Part shown: piece after piece, positions 36,477 to 46,091 of the stretch
Layout of the letters: every line of letters begins with the position of its first letter
Numbering within the stretch: the first letter of the stretch is position 1
NCBI GenBank assembly: GCA_049646585.1
Contig: JBARWC010000118.1
Coordinates: forward strand, 30,680-94,679
DNA from: Burkholderiaceae bacterium
GTDB lineage: Bacteria; Pseudomonadota; Gammaproteobacteria; Burkholderiales; Burkholderiaceae_B
DNA length: 64,000 nt
Direction: 5' to 3'
Made by a program: the position numbers and the translations under genes
Notes under the pieces: generated by a model
What the model was told of the DNA's origin: nothing
Seen by the model: only the letters and a program-made list of their open reading frames with translations
Database searches by the model: none

Positions 36477-38189
36477 TTACACAAGGCCCTGGTTCGCATC
36501 CAGGCCTTTGATCCGGGGCTCGTTCAACTGTATCTTGCTGATGGTTTTCTTGTCGCGCAGGTAGCGGGACACGACATCCCACACCGGCTCGCCTTTTGCG
36601 CCTTCGGCAACCGGCGCCCATCCCGCAACCTTATAGGTTTTGTCGGCCTCGATAGGCTTGCCGTCGAGCTGCATGTCGCTGATGCGGTGCCCGGCTTCTT
36701 TGAGCGGATCGATGGTGTATTGCATGCCGCCCACGCGCACCATGTCTCCGCCCTGCTGGTAATAGGGATCGGGATTGAAAAGGTTGTCGGCCACGTCTTC
36801 AAGAATCACTTTCAGCTGGCTGCCCGGCATATCGGTCAGCGTCGTATAAGGGTAGGTGATGGCCGTCTGGTCCATCAGATGCTCCATCGTGATGTCCGAG
36901 CCTGGGAGCAGGCTGGTGCCCCAGCGGAAGCCGGGCGAAAACGCGATCTGGGCCTCTTTCTGGGTGATGAGCGCATCAAGAATCAGTTGATCGAAGGTGC
37001 CGTTGAAATTGCCCCGGCGATACAGCATGTCGTCGGTGGTCGCCAGCGTTTCCGCCAGCTTCTCCGCAAAGGGCGAACGTATTTTCTCGATAAGCGCGGC
37101 CATGTCCGGATCGGCTTTCAGGAAGTTGGCGAACACCGGCATCAGCTTGTAGCGGAAATCGGCAACCTTGCCGTCCCTGACATCGAAGTCCAGCACGCCC
37201 AGGAATTTTCCATTGCTTCCGGCATTGGTCACCAGGGTCTTGCCGCCGCTATTCTCCACGATGACGGGCGCGGGTATGCCGTCGTGCGTATGCCCGCCCA
37301 GGATGGCGTCCAGGCCGCGCACGCGGGATGCCAGCTTCAGGTCCACGTCCATGCCGTTGTGCGAAAGCAGCACCACCGCCTTGGCGCCCTTGCCGCGCAC
37401 TTCATCTATCACAGTCTGAAGCTGGCTTTCCTGGATGCCGAAAGTCCAGTCCGGCACAAGATAGCCGGGGTTGGCGATGGGGGTGTATGGGAAGGCCTGG
37501 CCGATGACGGCCACCTGCACACCATTCATTTCGCGCAGGGTGTAAGACGGGAAGACGGGGTCGCCGAAATCGGACGTCTGAACGTTCTGTGCAATGAACT
37601 CGACCTTGTCCTTGAAGTCCTTGGCGATGATCTCTTCGACGCGCTCGGCCCCCAGCGTGAATTCCCAGTGCGCGGTCATGATGTCCACGCCCAGCGCCAG
37701 GCAGGCGTCCACCATGTCCTGGCCCTTGGTCCACAAGGCCGTTGCCGACCCTTGCCAGGTGTCGCCGCCATCAAGCAGCAGCGCGCCCGGGCGGCCGGCT
37801 TTCAGTTGCTTGACCAGTGTTGCCATGTGAGCGAACCCGCCGACTTTTCCGTACTGGCGCGCGGCGTTCTCGAAGTCCAGGCAGGTAAAGGCGTAGGCCT
37901 GCTCCGTGCCCGGCTTCAGGCCGTAGTGCGAAAGAAAGTGCTCGCCCACCAGATGAGGCGGCCGGTTCAGCGCCGAGCCCAGCCCGATGTTGACGCTGGG
38001 TTCGCGAAAATAAATGGGCTGCAGCTGCGCGTGGCAATCGGTAAAGTGCAGAAAATGCACATTGCCGAAACTCGGCAAGTCGTAGAAGGCGGCGGCAGCC
38101 TGTTCGGCGGCGCGGGCGGAATGCGAAAATGTCATCCCTCCGGCCGCGGCAATGCCCAGCACCTGTAGGAATTCGCGACGACTGATCAT
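36477..38189 (-). CDS. soxB: Thiosulfohydrolase SoxB
   Basis: Tat signal SRREFLQ and dimetal 5'-nucleotidase-type motifs HFTDCHAQL, DGGDTWQGS, LLSHNG and GGHTHD. Start moved to MISRREF. Confidence 0.93.
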   Translation of the reverse strand: MISRREFLQVLGIAAAGGMTFSHSARAAEQAAAAFYDLPSFGNVHFLHFTDCHAQLQPIYFREPSVNIGLGSALNRPPHLVGEHFLSHYGLKPGTEQAYAFTCLDFENAARQYGKVGGFAHMATLVKQLKAGRPGALLLDGGDTWQGSATALWTKGQDMVDACLALGVDIMTAHWEFTLGAERVEEIIAKDFKDKVEFIAQNVQTSDFGDPVFPSYTLREMNGVQVAVIGQAFPYTPIANPGYLVPDWTFGIQESQLQTVIDEVRGKGAKAVVLLSHNGMDVDLKLASRVRGLDAILGGHTHDGIPAPVIVENSGGKTLVTNAGSNGKFLGVLDFDVRDGKVADFRYKLMPVFANFLKADPDMAALIEKIRSPFAEKLAETLATTDDMLYRRGNFNGTFDQLILDALITQKEAQIAFSPGFRWGTSLLPGSDITMEHLMDQTAITYPYTTLTDMPGSQLKVILEDVADNLFNPDPYYQQGGDMVRVGGMQYTIDPLKEAGHRISDMQLDGKPIEADKTYKVAGWAPVAEGAKGEPVWDVVSRYLRDKKTISKIQLNEPRIKGLDANQGLV

Positions 38190-38269
38190 ATAAACGGCTT
38201 CCTGCTGATTTAAGAAAAAACGCCCCTTGCCCATCCGGTTGCGTACGCCGCCGGGCCAAGGGGCTATGA

Positions 38270-38788
38270 CTACTTTGCCTTGCCGGGCGCCGGAGCGTAT
38301 TTGATAAGGTCCAATACGTCTTCCTCGAACATCTCGCCTGGTATCTTTTCGGCTACCTTGCCATCGGGCTTGATGACAAGAATGTAGGGAATGACTTTTG
38401 CTTTACCCAGTGCCTCGCGCAAGGCCGGGGTTTCCATGGCCACAGGAAAGGTATAGGCATGCTTGCGCAGATAATCGCTGGCATCCGCTTCTTTTTTGTC
38501 TATGCTGACCGTGAGCACCTCCAGCCCCTGGCCCTGCGCCTTTTCCCACAGCTTCTGCAAATAAGGATTCTGGCGCCCGCAATAGGGGCACCAGGACGCC
38601 CAATACTCGACGATGACGGGCTTGCCTTTGAAATACCCTTCCGGCAATACCCGGCCATCCATGAGCCGGACTTCGGGAAGCGTGACCACATCGCCGACCG
38701 CGACGTCGGCTTGCGCCGGCGCCGCCACGGCGACGCTGGCGGCTAGTCCGACGCTCGCCAACAATGCGGCGAATCTTGAGCTCCACAT
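38270..38788 (-). CDS. Periplasmic thioredoxin (TlpA/SoxW-like)
   Basis: Signal peptide and WASWCPYC redox motif. It lies between soxX and soxB. Confidence 0.82.
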   Translation of the reverse strand: MWSSRFAALLASVGLAASVAVAAPAQADVAVGDVVTLPEVRLMDGRVLPEGYFKGKPVIVEYWASWCPYCGRQNPYLQKLWEKAQGQGLEVLTVSIDKKEADASDYLRKHAYTFPVAMETPALREALGKAKVIPYILVIKPDGKVAEKIPGEMFEEDVLDLIKYAPAPGKAK

Positions 38789-38809
38789 GATCCCTTCCCT
38801 TCCGCCAGG

Positions 38810-39466
38810 CTATTGCGCGACGCCGTCCTTGTTCACCGGCGACTCCGGGTCGAACAACAGCGCCATGACGTCCTTCAACTGAGCCTCGGTCAGAATTCCA
38901 GCGGCCCCGAAGCGCGGCATCGTGGAGCACGCCGAATAGGAATGCGAGTTGTAGACCTTGTTCCAGGTGTATTTCATGATGGCTTCGGCGGTGCCGCGCT
39001 GCTTGCCGTAATGCAGCAGCGAAGGCCCGATATTGCCGAAGGATATCTCGGCCTTGGTCATCTGGTGGCAGGCGTAGCAATTGCCCCCATTGGCCGCGCC
39101 GGCCTTGTCGCTTAGCTGCATGCCGCGCCCGCTCTGCGCCACTTTCTCGCCGGCCTTCCAGTCGCCTAGATACTTGCCGTCGGCCGGATACTTGACCGAT
39201 GCCAGCGCCTCTTTGGTGATGGCGGCGGCTTCTTCCTGGCTTAAGGGCTTGCCCGTCATACTGGCTTGCGAGCAGGCTTTCTGCATGGCCGACTGCTCCA
39301 GCCTGTCCATCTTGGCAATGCCTTTGGCCTCGAACGAAGCCTCGAGCACAGCTTGCACGTCTTGCGGGCTGGTGCCGGTCACCGGCTTATCCGCCGCCTG
39401 CGCGGAAGCAGCGGTCAGTAGCAGCCCGGCCAGAACGGCGAGCGGCGCGATTGTCGTTTTCTTCAT
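38810..39466 (-). CDS. soxX: Cytochrome c SoxX
   Basis: Signal peptide, a single heme motif CYACH, and position directly after soxA. Confidence 0.85.
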   Translation of the reverse strand: MKKTTIAPLAVLAGLLLTAASAQAADKPVTGTSPQDVQAVLEASFEAKGIAKMDRLEQSAMQKACSQASMTGKPLSQEEAAAITKEALASVKYPADGKYLGDWKAGEKVAQSGRGMQLSDKAGAANGGNCYACHQMTKAEISFGNIGPSLLHYGKQRGTAEAIMKYTWNKVYNSHSYSACSTMPRFGAAGILTEAQLKDVMALLFDPESPVNKDGVAQ

Positions 39467-39478
39467 GAGCTTCTCCGC

Positions 39479-40303
39479 TTACCGTTTGAGACCAGGCGCA
39501 GCCATATCGCCGCCGTTCGCATTGACCGCCAGGAACACCGTCAGATCGACGGAGGCCTGCGAGCCATACTTCAGGTAAGGCATGCGTTGCTGCCGGAAGC
39601 AGTCATTGAGCCGCCATTGCATGGATCGCAATGCGCCTTGCGAAACCCGATAGGCGGGCCACGAGGTATAGGCGGCGCGAGCCGAATCGGTCTTGGTCAG
39701 GTTGGGAAGATCTTGCAAGCGGATGCGCTGCTTGTCCACGCTGTGGCAGGACGCACAGGAAAAGTCGTATGGACCGCCGCGAAAGAAGAAAATCTGCTTG
39801 CCACGCTCGAATGCGGCCTTCTCCTGGGGATGGCCCTGCGGCACTGCAAGCGGTGTGCCGCGCGACTGGCCGACAACGTATCCGACCAGCGCTTCCATGT
39901 CGGTCGCATAATCGCCCCCGCCCGAGAACGGCTTCTTGGTGACTTCCTTCTGGTCCATGCCTTGCAGATTGACCATGCAGTACACAAGACGGGACTCCAG
40001 GTCCATCACGCGCCCGGCATCCTCGAAGTAGCGCGGCAAATGCGCATAGGCGTCCTTGACCACACCCGGGCCTTGCCCCAGGTCGCACTGTTCAAGCGAT
40101 GCGCTCTTGGGGCCGCGTTTTTCGGCCCACAGCTCTTCGCCCGTCATTTCGATCAGTTCGGCCGGATTGCCGCCCTCGCCCAGCATCTCGCGATATTGTT
40201 CGATGCCCGCCGCCGTGCTCTCCTGCGCGGCAGCCGGTTGGGCCGCCAGCACCGCGCCGGCGGCAAGCACCAACGCCGCGGCGCTGCTCAGTTTTTTCTT
40301 CAT
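39479..40303 (-). CDS. soxA: Cytochrome c SoxA (monoheme type)
   Basis: Signal peptide, one CASCH, and the conserved ..SMQWRLNDCFRQQRMP region with the Cys ligand. ATG 40303 is preferred over GTG 40312. Confidence 0.88.
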   Translation of the reverse strand: MKKKLSSAAALVLAAGAVLAAQPAAAQESTAAGIEQYREMLGEGGNPAELIEMTGEELWAEKRGPKSASLEQCDLGQGPGVVKDAYAHLPRYFEDAGRVMDLESRLVYCMVNLQGMDQKEVTKKPFSGGGDYATDMEALVGYVVGQSRGTPLAVPQGHPQEKAAFERGKQIFFFRGGPYDFSCASCHSVDKQRIRLQDLPNLTKTDSARAAYTSWPAYRVSQGALRSMQWRLNDCFRQQRMPYLKYGSQASVDLTVFLAVNANGGDMAAPGLKR

Positions 40304-40367
40304 ATCTTCCACCTCTCTGTTGGATGCGTATGGCCTTATCGCTTTCTTCTTGTATGCAACACCGGAC

Positions 40368-40682
40368 CTAGCGAATCTCCGTCGTGTCGGTACGGCTTTC
40401 TCCCTTGTTGTCCTTCCAGGTGATCTCTACCTTGTCGCCCTTGTTGCCGCCCTTGAACTTGAAGGAGAGAAAGGGATCGCGCGACACCGCTGGGCCCCAC
40501 TGGGCCGACAGCACGGTCTTGTCGTTGCACTTGGCTTCGACCAGATCGATGAAATGGGCGGGAACAACATTGCCGGAGCTGTCCTTGCGCTGGCCGGTTT
40601 CCATGATGTGGCTCATCAATGCCTTGACTTCGGTGACGCCGTCTTTTTGCACAGCGCGGATGCGCATTGGTCTGCTTGCCAT
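40368..40682 (-). CDS. soxZ: Thiosulfate oxidation carrier complex protein SoxZ
   Basis: 104 aa: ..RIRAVQKDGVTEVKALMSHIMETGQRKD..FKFKGGNKGD. Confidence 0.9.
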   Translation of the reverse strand: MASRPMRIRAVQKDGVTEVKALMSHIMETGQRKDSSGNVVPAHFIDLVEAKCNDKTVLSAQWGPAVSRDPFLSFKFKGGNKGDKVEITWKDNKGESRTDTTEIR

Positions 40683-40735
40683 GATTTTTCCTCGTATATC
40701 GTTGATTCAGTATGGTGACCTGTCGGGCAACGGCA

Positions 40736-41203
40736 TCAGCCGCCGCAACCGCCCAGCGTTACCTTGATTTCCTTGTGCACGGTGTAGAACTTGCCGTCAG
40801 CCTTGACCAGGGCGTAGACGTCGGACGTTCCACCCATCTTGATGCGTGTCGCCACTTCGGGCAGCGTGTCGGCGGCCAGATCGAAATGGGCGGCCAGCGC
40901 GTTGGGGTTCTTGGGCACCAGGATGGAAATCTGCGTGGTGTTGGGCAGATCGCTGTTGACGCCCACCGGCACCACGGCGCCGTTCTCGGCGATGTCGGGC
41001 GCGACCAGCGTGATCTTGTCGCTTTCGGCAGCTTGATCGCCGCCGAAGGCCTTGATCACATCGTCCACCTTGGTGGCGCCAAAAGCCGCCTTGTTCCATT
41101 CCTGCTGCACGGCCCAGGCCTGCTCTGGACGCAAAATCCCAGCGGTGACCGCAAGGCTGAGCACCGTGCCCAGCTTGAGCACATTTCTACGCTGCTTGTT
41201 CAT
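40736..41203 (-). CDS. soxY: Thiosulfate oxidation carrier protein SoxY
   Basis: Tat-type signal (QRRNVLK) and the diagnostic C-terminal VTLGGCGG swinging-arm motif. Confidence 0.93.
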   Translation of the reverse strand: MNKQRRNVLKLGTVLSLAVTAGILRPEQAWAVQQEWNKAAFGATKVDDVIKAFGGDQAAESDKITLVAPDIAENGAVVPVGVNSDLPNTTQISILVPKNPNALAAHFDLAADTLPEVATRIKMGGTSDVYALVKADGKFYTVHKEIKVTLGGCGG

Positions 41204-41249
41204 TTACTGCTCCTCTGTTGAATCGGATATGTTTATTGAACGCTTATGT

Positions 41250-42386
41250 TTACCGCCCCGCCCCGGTAAGTATCCATTCGACCATCGTCTTGGCATCCTT
41301 ATCGGCTAAAGCTGGATGGGGAGGCATGGGAATCGCCCCCCATGCGCCGGAACCGCCTTTTTGCACCTTGGCGACCAGCTTGTCGACGGCGCCGTCCTGC
41401 CCCTTGTACTTGGCGGCAATGTCCACGAAGGACGGGCCAAGCACTTTCTTGTCCGTGGCATGGCAGGCCATGCAGCCGCTATCTTTCAAAAGGGCCATGG
41501 CTTGCTGCGACCCATCGGCCGCGCCTTCCTTGGCGTCGCCCGAGGCGCTTGCGGCGGGCGCCGACACGGCCACCAGGGTGGCGCGCGCGTGTTCGCGTAC
41601 CTTCCCCATGTTGTCGTCCACCGTTCCGGACAAGGCCGGCTCCTGCGTATTGACGCCGCGCACCGGACCTACGATGCGCATCTGGGCGGCCAGGTCGCCG
41701 TGCGCATCCCGCGCATGGGGCGGCAGCGTCGACGAAGGCTTGCCCGTGGTGGCGCAGTCGGCCATGCAGGCGACATTGCTGGTGTCCGGCTTGCCGTCCA
41801 CCGTCCACAGGCCGGCCCAGAACTTCATGCCTTTGCGATTGGGCATTTTTTCCTGCACCTGGGCCATGGTCTCGTCCGACAAGGTGAAGTCGGATGGAAC
41901 GATTTCCGCCAGGTTGAGCAGGTAGGCCAGCACGGCATACACCTCGTCCGGCTCCAGGGATTTGGGGTTGTCCCAGGGCATGGCGCGGTGGATGTAGTCC
42001 CATAGCGTGGAGACCGTGGATACCTTCATGAAGGTCGTGCGCGAGGGCTGCCCGCCCGCGGTCAAGGCCTTCACGTGGCCGTTCTTGATGTCTTCGGCCG
42101 TGGTGCCGCCCACCAGGGGCGTAAACACCGAGTTGCTTTCACCGAAAGAGCCATGACAGGCCGCGCAAGTGGCGTCCCAGATGTCCGCCCCCTGGTCGAC
42201 CGTGCCGCTGCCCTTGGGTATTCCCTTGAAATCCGGCCGAACGTCGATATCCCAGGCTTTCAGTTCGGCCTCGGTCGCCGTCCTGCCTATGCCGTACTTG
42301 GTTCCGGCGTCATCGGCAAGCGCGGCAGTGCTGAACGTGGCGCCCAGCACACATGCCAGCAAGGCGGGTTTAGTCCATTTGAACAT
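41250..42386 (-). CDS. soxD: Diheme cytochrome c SoxD (sulfane dehydrogenase subunit)
   Basis: Signal peptide MFKWTKPALLACVLGATFSTAALA and two heme motifs, CAACH and CMACH. The start overlaps the soxC end by 17 nt. Confidence 0.85.
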   Translation of the reverse strand: MFKWTKPALLACVLGATFSTAALADDAGTKYGIGRTATEAELKAWDIDVRPDFKGIPKGSGTVDQGADIWDATCAACHGSFGESNSVFTPLVGGTTAEDIKNGHVKALTAGGQPSRTTFMKVSTVSTLWDYIHRAMPWDNPKSLEPDEVYAVLAYLLNLAEIVPSDFTLSDETMAQVQEKMPNRKGMKFWAGLWTVDGKPDTSNVACMADCATTGKPSSTLPPHARDAHGDLAAQMRIVGPVRGVNTQEPALSGTVDDNMGKVREHARATLVAVSAPAASASGDAKEGAADGSQQAMALLKDSGCMACHATDKKVLGPSFVDIAAKYKGQDGAVDKLVAKVQKGGSGAWGAIPMPPHPALADKDAKTMVEWILTGAGR

Positions 42387-43740
42387 TGAAGACCTCCCCG
42401 CTTTGGGCGACCTGCCAGGACTGGATCGCATTGTTGTGATAGGTGGAACGCGTGCCGCGAACTTCCCGCAGTTGGCGGTAGCGCGGTTGAACGAAACCGG
42501 TGCTGTCGACGGCGCGGCTTTGCAAAATAACCGGCGAACCGTCCCAGACCCAATCGATATTGAACCGGGTAAGACATTTGTCCAGCACCGGCGTTTCCAG
42601 CCGAGCCGTCTTCCAGCTTTTTCCCCCGTCAAAGGACACATCGACTTGCTTGATCTTGCCGCGCCCGGACCAGGCCAGGCCGCTGACGTTATAGAAACCC
42701 TTGCCCATCAAGGCCTGGCCGCCCGAAGGCGAGGTGATCACCGACTTGCATTCCTGGATGGACGTATATTGGCGATGGATGCCATCGGGCATCATGTCGA
42801 CGTAATGAGAGGTCTCGTCCTTGGCGTTCCAGGGCTTGTCGCCGACTTCGATGCGGCGCAGCCACTTCACCCAGGACACGCCCTGCACGCCGGGCACGAC
42901 CAAGCGCAAGGGATAGCCGTTTTCCGGGCGCAGCATTTCGCCGTTCATGCCCCAGGCCACCAGCACGTCGTCCAGCGCCGCTTCCATGGATATCGTCCGC
43001 GTCATGCTGGAGCCGTCGTTGCCCTCGGCCAGGACGAAGCGCGCGTTCTTGATATCGGCGCCGCAGTCGTCCAGCAGCACCTTGAGCGGCACGCCGGTGA
43101 ACTCGCAACAGGACAGCATGCCATGCGTGTACTGCACCGTCGGCACGGCGGCATTGCCCCATTCCATGCCGGTATTGGCGCCGCATTCGATGAAATGGAT
43201 TTTCGACACCGCCGGCAGACGCATCAAGTCGTCCATGGTGTAGACCTTGGCCTCTTTGACCATGCCATTGACCATGAGCCTATGCTCTTCGGGGTTCACA
43301 TCGACCCAGCCTTGGTGATGGCGCTCGAAATGCAGGCCGGACGGCGTGATGATGCCGAAGAAGCCTTGCAGCGGCGCGAATGCCACCGATGCCTGGCGCG
43401 TCGGCGTCAGGCCCGGCGACTGCCGGCGTTGCAGGTTGGCCTCGAAGGGCGAAGGCTGGCCGTATGGCTTGAATGCCACCGGATTCCCCAGCTTGGTGCT
43501 CCATGGGCGCGGCTCGAGGATCATGGGATCACCGGCGGCCTGCTTGGCCGCCTGCGCCAGCGACGGACCCGCCGCCAATGCCGCCGCGGCAGCCATAAAA
43601 CTGTTCTTCAGAAAGCCGCGACGAGTTTCGGTCATGCCGCTGGCGCTGATTTCATTCGCCAGTGCAGGGGGCACGAAATTCTCGGGTGCTTTTTTCAGGC
43701 GACCAATGGGCACTGATCGCTGCTCCCTGCTACTACTCAC
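42370..43740 (-). CDS. soxC: Molybdopterin sulfane dehydrogenase SoxC
   Basis: Tat signal TRRGFLKN and a sulfite-oxidase-family Moco plus dimerisation domain pattern. GTG 43740 is preceded by AGGAGA; an internal ATG at 43635 is an alternative. Confidence 0.88.
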   Translation of the reverse strand: MSSSREQRSVPIGRLKKAPENFVPPALANEISASGMTETRRGFLKNSFMAAAAALAAGPSLAQAAKQAAGDPMILEPRPWSTKLGNPVAFKPYGQPSPFEANLQRRQSPGLTPTRQASVAFAPLQGFFGIITPSGLHFERHHQGWVDVNPEEHRLMVNGMVKEAKVYTMDDLMRLPAVSKIHFIECGANTGMEWGNAAVPTVQYTHGMLSCCEFTGVPLKVLLDDCGADIKNARFVLAEGNDGSSMTRTISMEAALDDVLVAWGMNGEMLRPENGYPLRLVVPGVQGVSWVKWLRRIEVGDKPWNAKDETSHYVDMMPDGIHRQYTSIQECKSVITSPSGGQALMGKGFYNVSGLAWSGRGKIKQVDVSFDGGKSWKTARLETPVLDKCLTRFNIDWVWDGSPVILQSRAVDSTGFVQPRYRQLREVRGTRSTYHNNAIQSWQVAQSGEVFNVQMD

Positions 43741-43872
43741 GCTTATTCTCCTGGCTTAAATACTACGCTATTTAATATAAGTTAATAGCCAACAGTTATA
43801 AACCAGGGAAATTACCCACCCGCCTTTTCTTGACATACATCAAATCCGCGAGACAAGCCTTTTAGTTTTGGC

Positions 43873-45141
43873 TCAGGCCAGCATGTCCGCCCATATGGCA
43901 TGCGCCCAATCCAGGGCCATCCGGCCTTCCCGCTGAGTCGCGCCTTCCGAGACGCCTCCGGCCCCCTTGACGGGCAGCATAGTGCGCTCCGCCGCGCTAT
44001 AGCGGTGAACGCTGGCCACATGCATGGCCTCTTGCGGGTTCACAAAGCTATAGCAGGTGTTGGAGTAGATGGGGTTCTGGTTCACGCCCCCGCCCAGCAG
44101 CAGGGCAGTCACGGCCGCCGCGCAGGTTTTACCGTGCTGGTTGGCCATATGCCCTGACTTGGGCATGACCGGCGCGATCTGCACGGCATCGCCCAGTACG
44201 TGGATGCGTTCGTCGACGATAGAGGAAAACGTCAGGAAATCAACCTCGCACCAACGGTCGTTGGCCGTGGCCAAGCCGGCATTTTTGGCGATATTTCCGG
44301 CCCGCATGGGCGGCAGCACATTGACCACATCGCCCTGTTCCTGCTCGCCGAGCTCGAAGATGACACTACGGGTATCGGCATCCACATCCACTGCCTTGAA
44401 GGCAGGGTTGTACTCGATGATGCCCGGATAGCGCTCGTCCCAGGCCTGGCGAAACTGCTCGGCTTCGGAGGTGATGTCGGCATTGGCGTCAAAAATATGC
44501 ACTTTGGAGCGAGGCTTATGCCGCTGGAAATAAGCGGCCACCAGGCAGGCCCGCTCGTAAGGGGCCGGCGGACACCGATAGGGGGCCTCGGGAATGGCAA
44601 GAATGTAGCGGCCGCCGTCGGGCATGGCCTCTAATTGCCGCCTTAGCAGCAGCGTTTGCGGACCCGCCTTCCAGGCATGCAGCATGGCATCGCGAGCGCT
44701 TTCCGGCTTCAGGCCGGGAATTTCATCCCACATGAAATCGATTCCGGGCGCCAGTATCAACCTGTCCCAGGACAGCGGCTGGCCATGCTTGAGCAGCAGT
44801 TTACGATTGCCGGCGTCGATGCTGACGGCCTCGTCCCGCACATGCCTGACATCATATTTAGCCAGCCCGCCATAGCCACGTGAAATATCCGCCATCGACA
44901 GTCTGCCTTCAAGCACCAGGTTCGACATGGGCGCGGATACGAACTCGGCATTCGGTTCGACCAACGTGACCCGTATGCGCCCGGCACTGAACAAATGCAG
45001 ATACTTTGCCGCCGTCGCGCCGCCGAACCCGCCGCCAACCACCACCACATGCGGCTGGCCGGCGCTTCCCGCCCTTGCCAGCATGGGATAGGACACTGCC
45101 GCCAGCCCCGCAAGAGACTTCATGAAGGAACGGCGCTTCAT
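43873..45141 (-). CDS. fccB: Flavocytochrome c sulfide dehydrogenase flavoprotein subunit (FccB/SoxF)
   Basis: Tat signal MKRRSFMKSL and FAD fold VVVVGGGFGGATAAKY. The start overlaps the cytochrome gene stop (ATGA). Confidence 0.85.
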   Translation of the reverse strand: MKRRSFMKSLAGLAAVSYPMLARAGSAGQPHVVVVGGGFGGATAAKYLHLFSAGRIRVTLVEPNAEFVSAPMSNLVLEGRLSMADISRGYGGLAKYDVRHVRDEAVSIDAGNRKLLLKHGQPLSWDRLILAPGIDFMWDEIPGLKPESARDAMLHAWKAGPQTLLLRRQLEAMPDGGRYILAIPEAPYRCPPAPYERACLVAAYFQRHKPRSKVHIFDANADITSEAEQFRQAWDERYPGIIEYNPAFKAVDVDADTRSVIFELGEQEQGDVVNVLPPMRAGNIAKNAGLATANDRWCEVDFLTFSSIVDERIHVLGDAVQIAPVMPKSGHMANQHGKTCAAAVTALLLGGGVNQNPIYSNTCYSFVNPQEAMHVASVHRYSAAERTMLPVKGAGGVSEGATQREGRMALDWAHAIWADMLA

Positions 45142-45572
45142 GGCTGATCCCCCTCGCTGGGCAGGCTTTCGTACCATGCGCCGATACGCCGCAACACTGC
45201 TTCATCATAGCCGCGTGCAATCTGGCCTTTCAGGACATCCGGCCGCTCGCCGCTGGCGTAGGCCAGCATGGCCTTGACGATGTCGTCCGCCGGCATGCCG
45301 GCCAGGGTCGGTATCCCCCGTACCGCCGAACGCTCGGCGCCATGGCAGGTCGCACAGGAGGACGCCCAGGCCCTGGCCTGGATGTCGCGGGCGGCCAGGT
45401 CCGGGCCCTTTGCGACGGCCGGCGCCTCGGGGCCGGCCCGGCCATCGATGGCCTCGGAACCCACGCTGGTCGCGGACAGGGCCGGCCCCACGCACAGCAA
45501 CAGGCAAGCCGATATTGCGGCGGGCCAGCCGCCCGGTTTGGCGCGTGTTTTCTTCCGGGGCGTGACAGCCAT
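45138..45572 (-). CDS. Monoheme cytochrome c partner of FccB (FccA/SoxE-like)
   Basis: 144 aa with a signal peptide and CATCH heme motif. RBS AAGGAA before ATG 45572. Confidence 0.75.
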   Translation of the reverse strand: MAVTPRKKTRAKPGGWPAAISACLLLCVGPALSATSVGSEAIDGRAGPEAPAVAKGPDLAARDIQARAWASSCATCHGAERSAVRGIPTLAGMPADDIVKAMLAYASGERPDVLKGQIARGYDEAVLRRIGAWYESLPSEGDQP

Positions 45573-45712
45573 TGCACTTATTCCTTGTTCTTGCAACACG
45601 CGCCGGCTGATGCCGGACACGCCGTCCATAAGAACAGCGATGATGTCCCAGCATGGCTACGGCGTCAAACATGGATCATGCAGATCCGTCTGAATGGCCA
45701 TGAATTGGGCAT

Positions 45713-45746
45713 TTAATTTAGATAGCACTAATTTAGAATTATCTAA
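45713..45746. promoter_or_regulatory. Repeated TAATTTAGA / TTAGA-N4-TCTAA elements, candidate SoxR operator
   Basis: TAATTTAGA occurs at 45714-45722 and 45729-45737 (15-bp phase). The dyad TTAGAATTATCTAA lies at 45733-45746. All are 15-47 bp upstream of the ArsR-type gene in the sox divergent intergenic region. Confidence 0.5.
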
Positions 45747-45760
45747 TATAATAAGTCATT

Positions 45761-46072
45761 ATGAGTTCAAGAAATCAAGATAGCTTGCTCCTGCGGGAAG
45801 GCGCCTCGAAGGCTGCCGAATTGCTGCGCATCATAGGCAACGAGCATAGACTGCTGGTGCTGTGCCTGCTGATTGAACATGGCGAAATGACCGTGGGCGC
45901 CCTGAACGAGCGCATCGCCTTGAGCCAGTCGGCGCTATCCCAGCATCTGGCCAAAATGCGCGAGGAAGGCCTGGTGGCGTTCAGACGCCAGGCACAAACC
46001 TTGCACTACCGCATCGACAACCCTGCCGTGGCCAAGGTGATCGCCGCGCTCAAAGAAGTCTTTTGCCCCTGA
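45761..46072 (+). CDS. soxR: ArsR-family repressor, SoxR / SqrR-BigR-like two-cysteine type
   Basis: 103 aa with HTH ..VGALNERIALSQSALSQHLAKMREEGLV.. It has Cys35 in LVLCLL and Cys102 at the C-terminus (EVFCP). Confidence 0.8.
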   Translation: MSSRNQDSLLLREGASKAAELLRIIGNEHRLLVLCLLIEHGEMTVGALNERIALSQSALSQHLAKMREEGLVAFRRQAQTLHYRIDNPAVAKVIAALKEVFCP

Positions 46073-46091
46073 TCTTCACAAGGATCCCCCT

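Noticed and set aside
35778-38168. 796-aa ORF on the plus strand, the longest ORF in the window
   Set aside because: It is exactly antisense to soxB and the DsrE-like gene. Its translation is a monotonous R/G/H/A/V-rich string with no motif. soxB on the other strand has Tat signal and dimetal-site motifs. This is a typical stop-poor antisense frame of GC-rich DNA.
42169-43716. 515-aa plus-strand ORF
   Set aside because: It is antisense to soxC, low in complexity and without motifs. The soxC frame carries the Tat signal and Moco-domain pattern.
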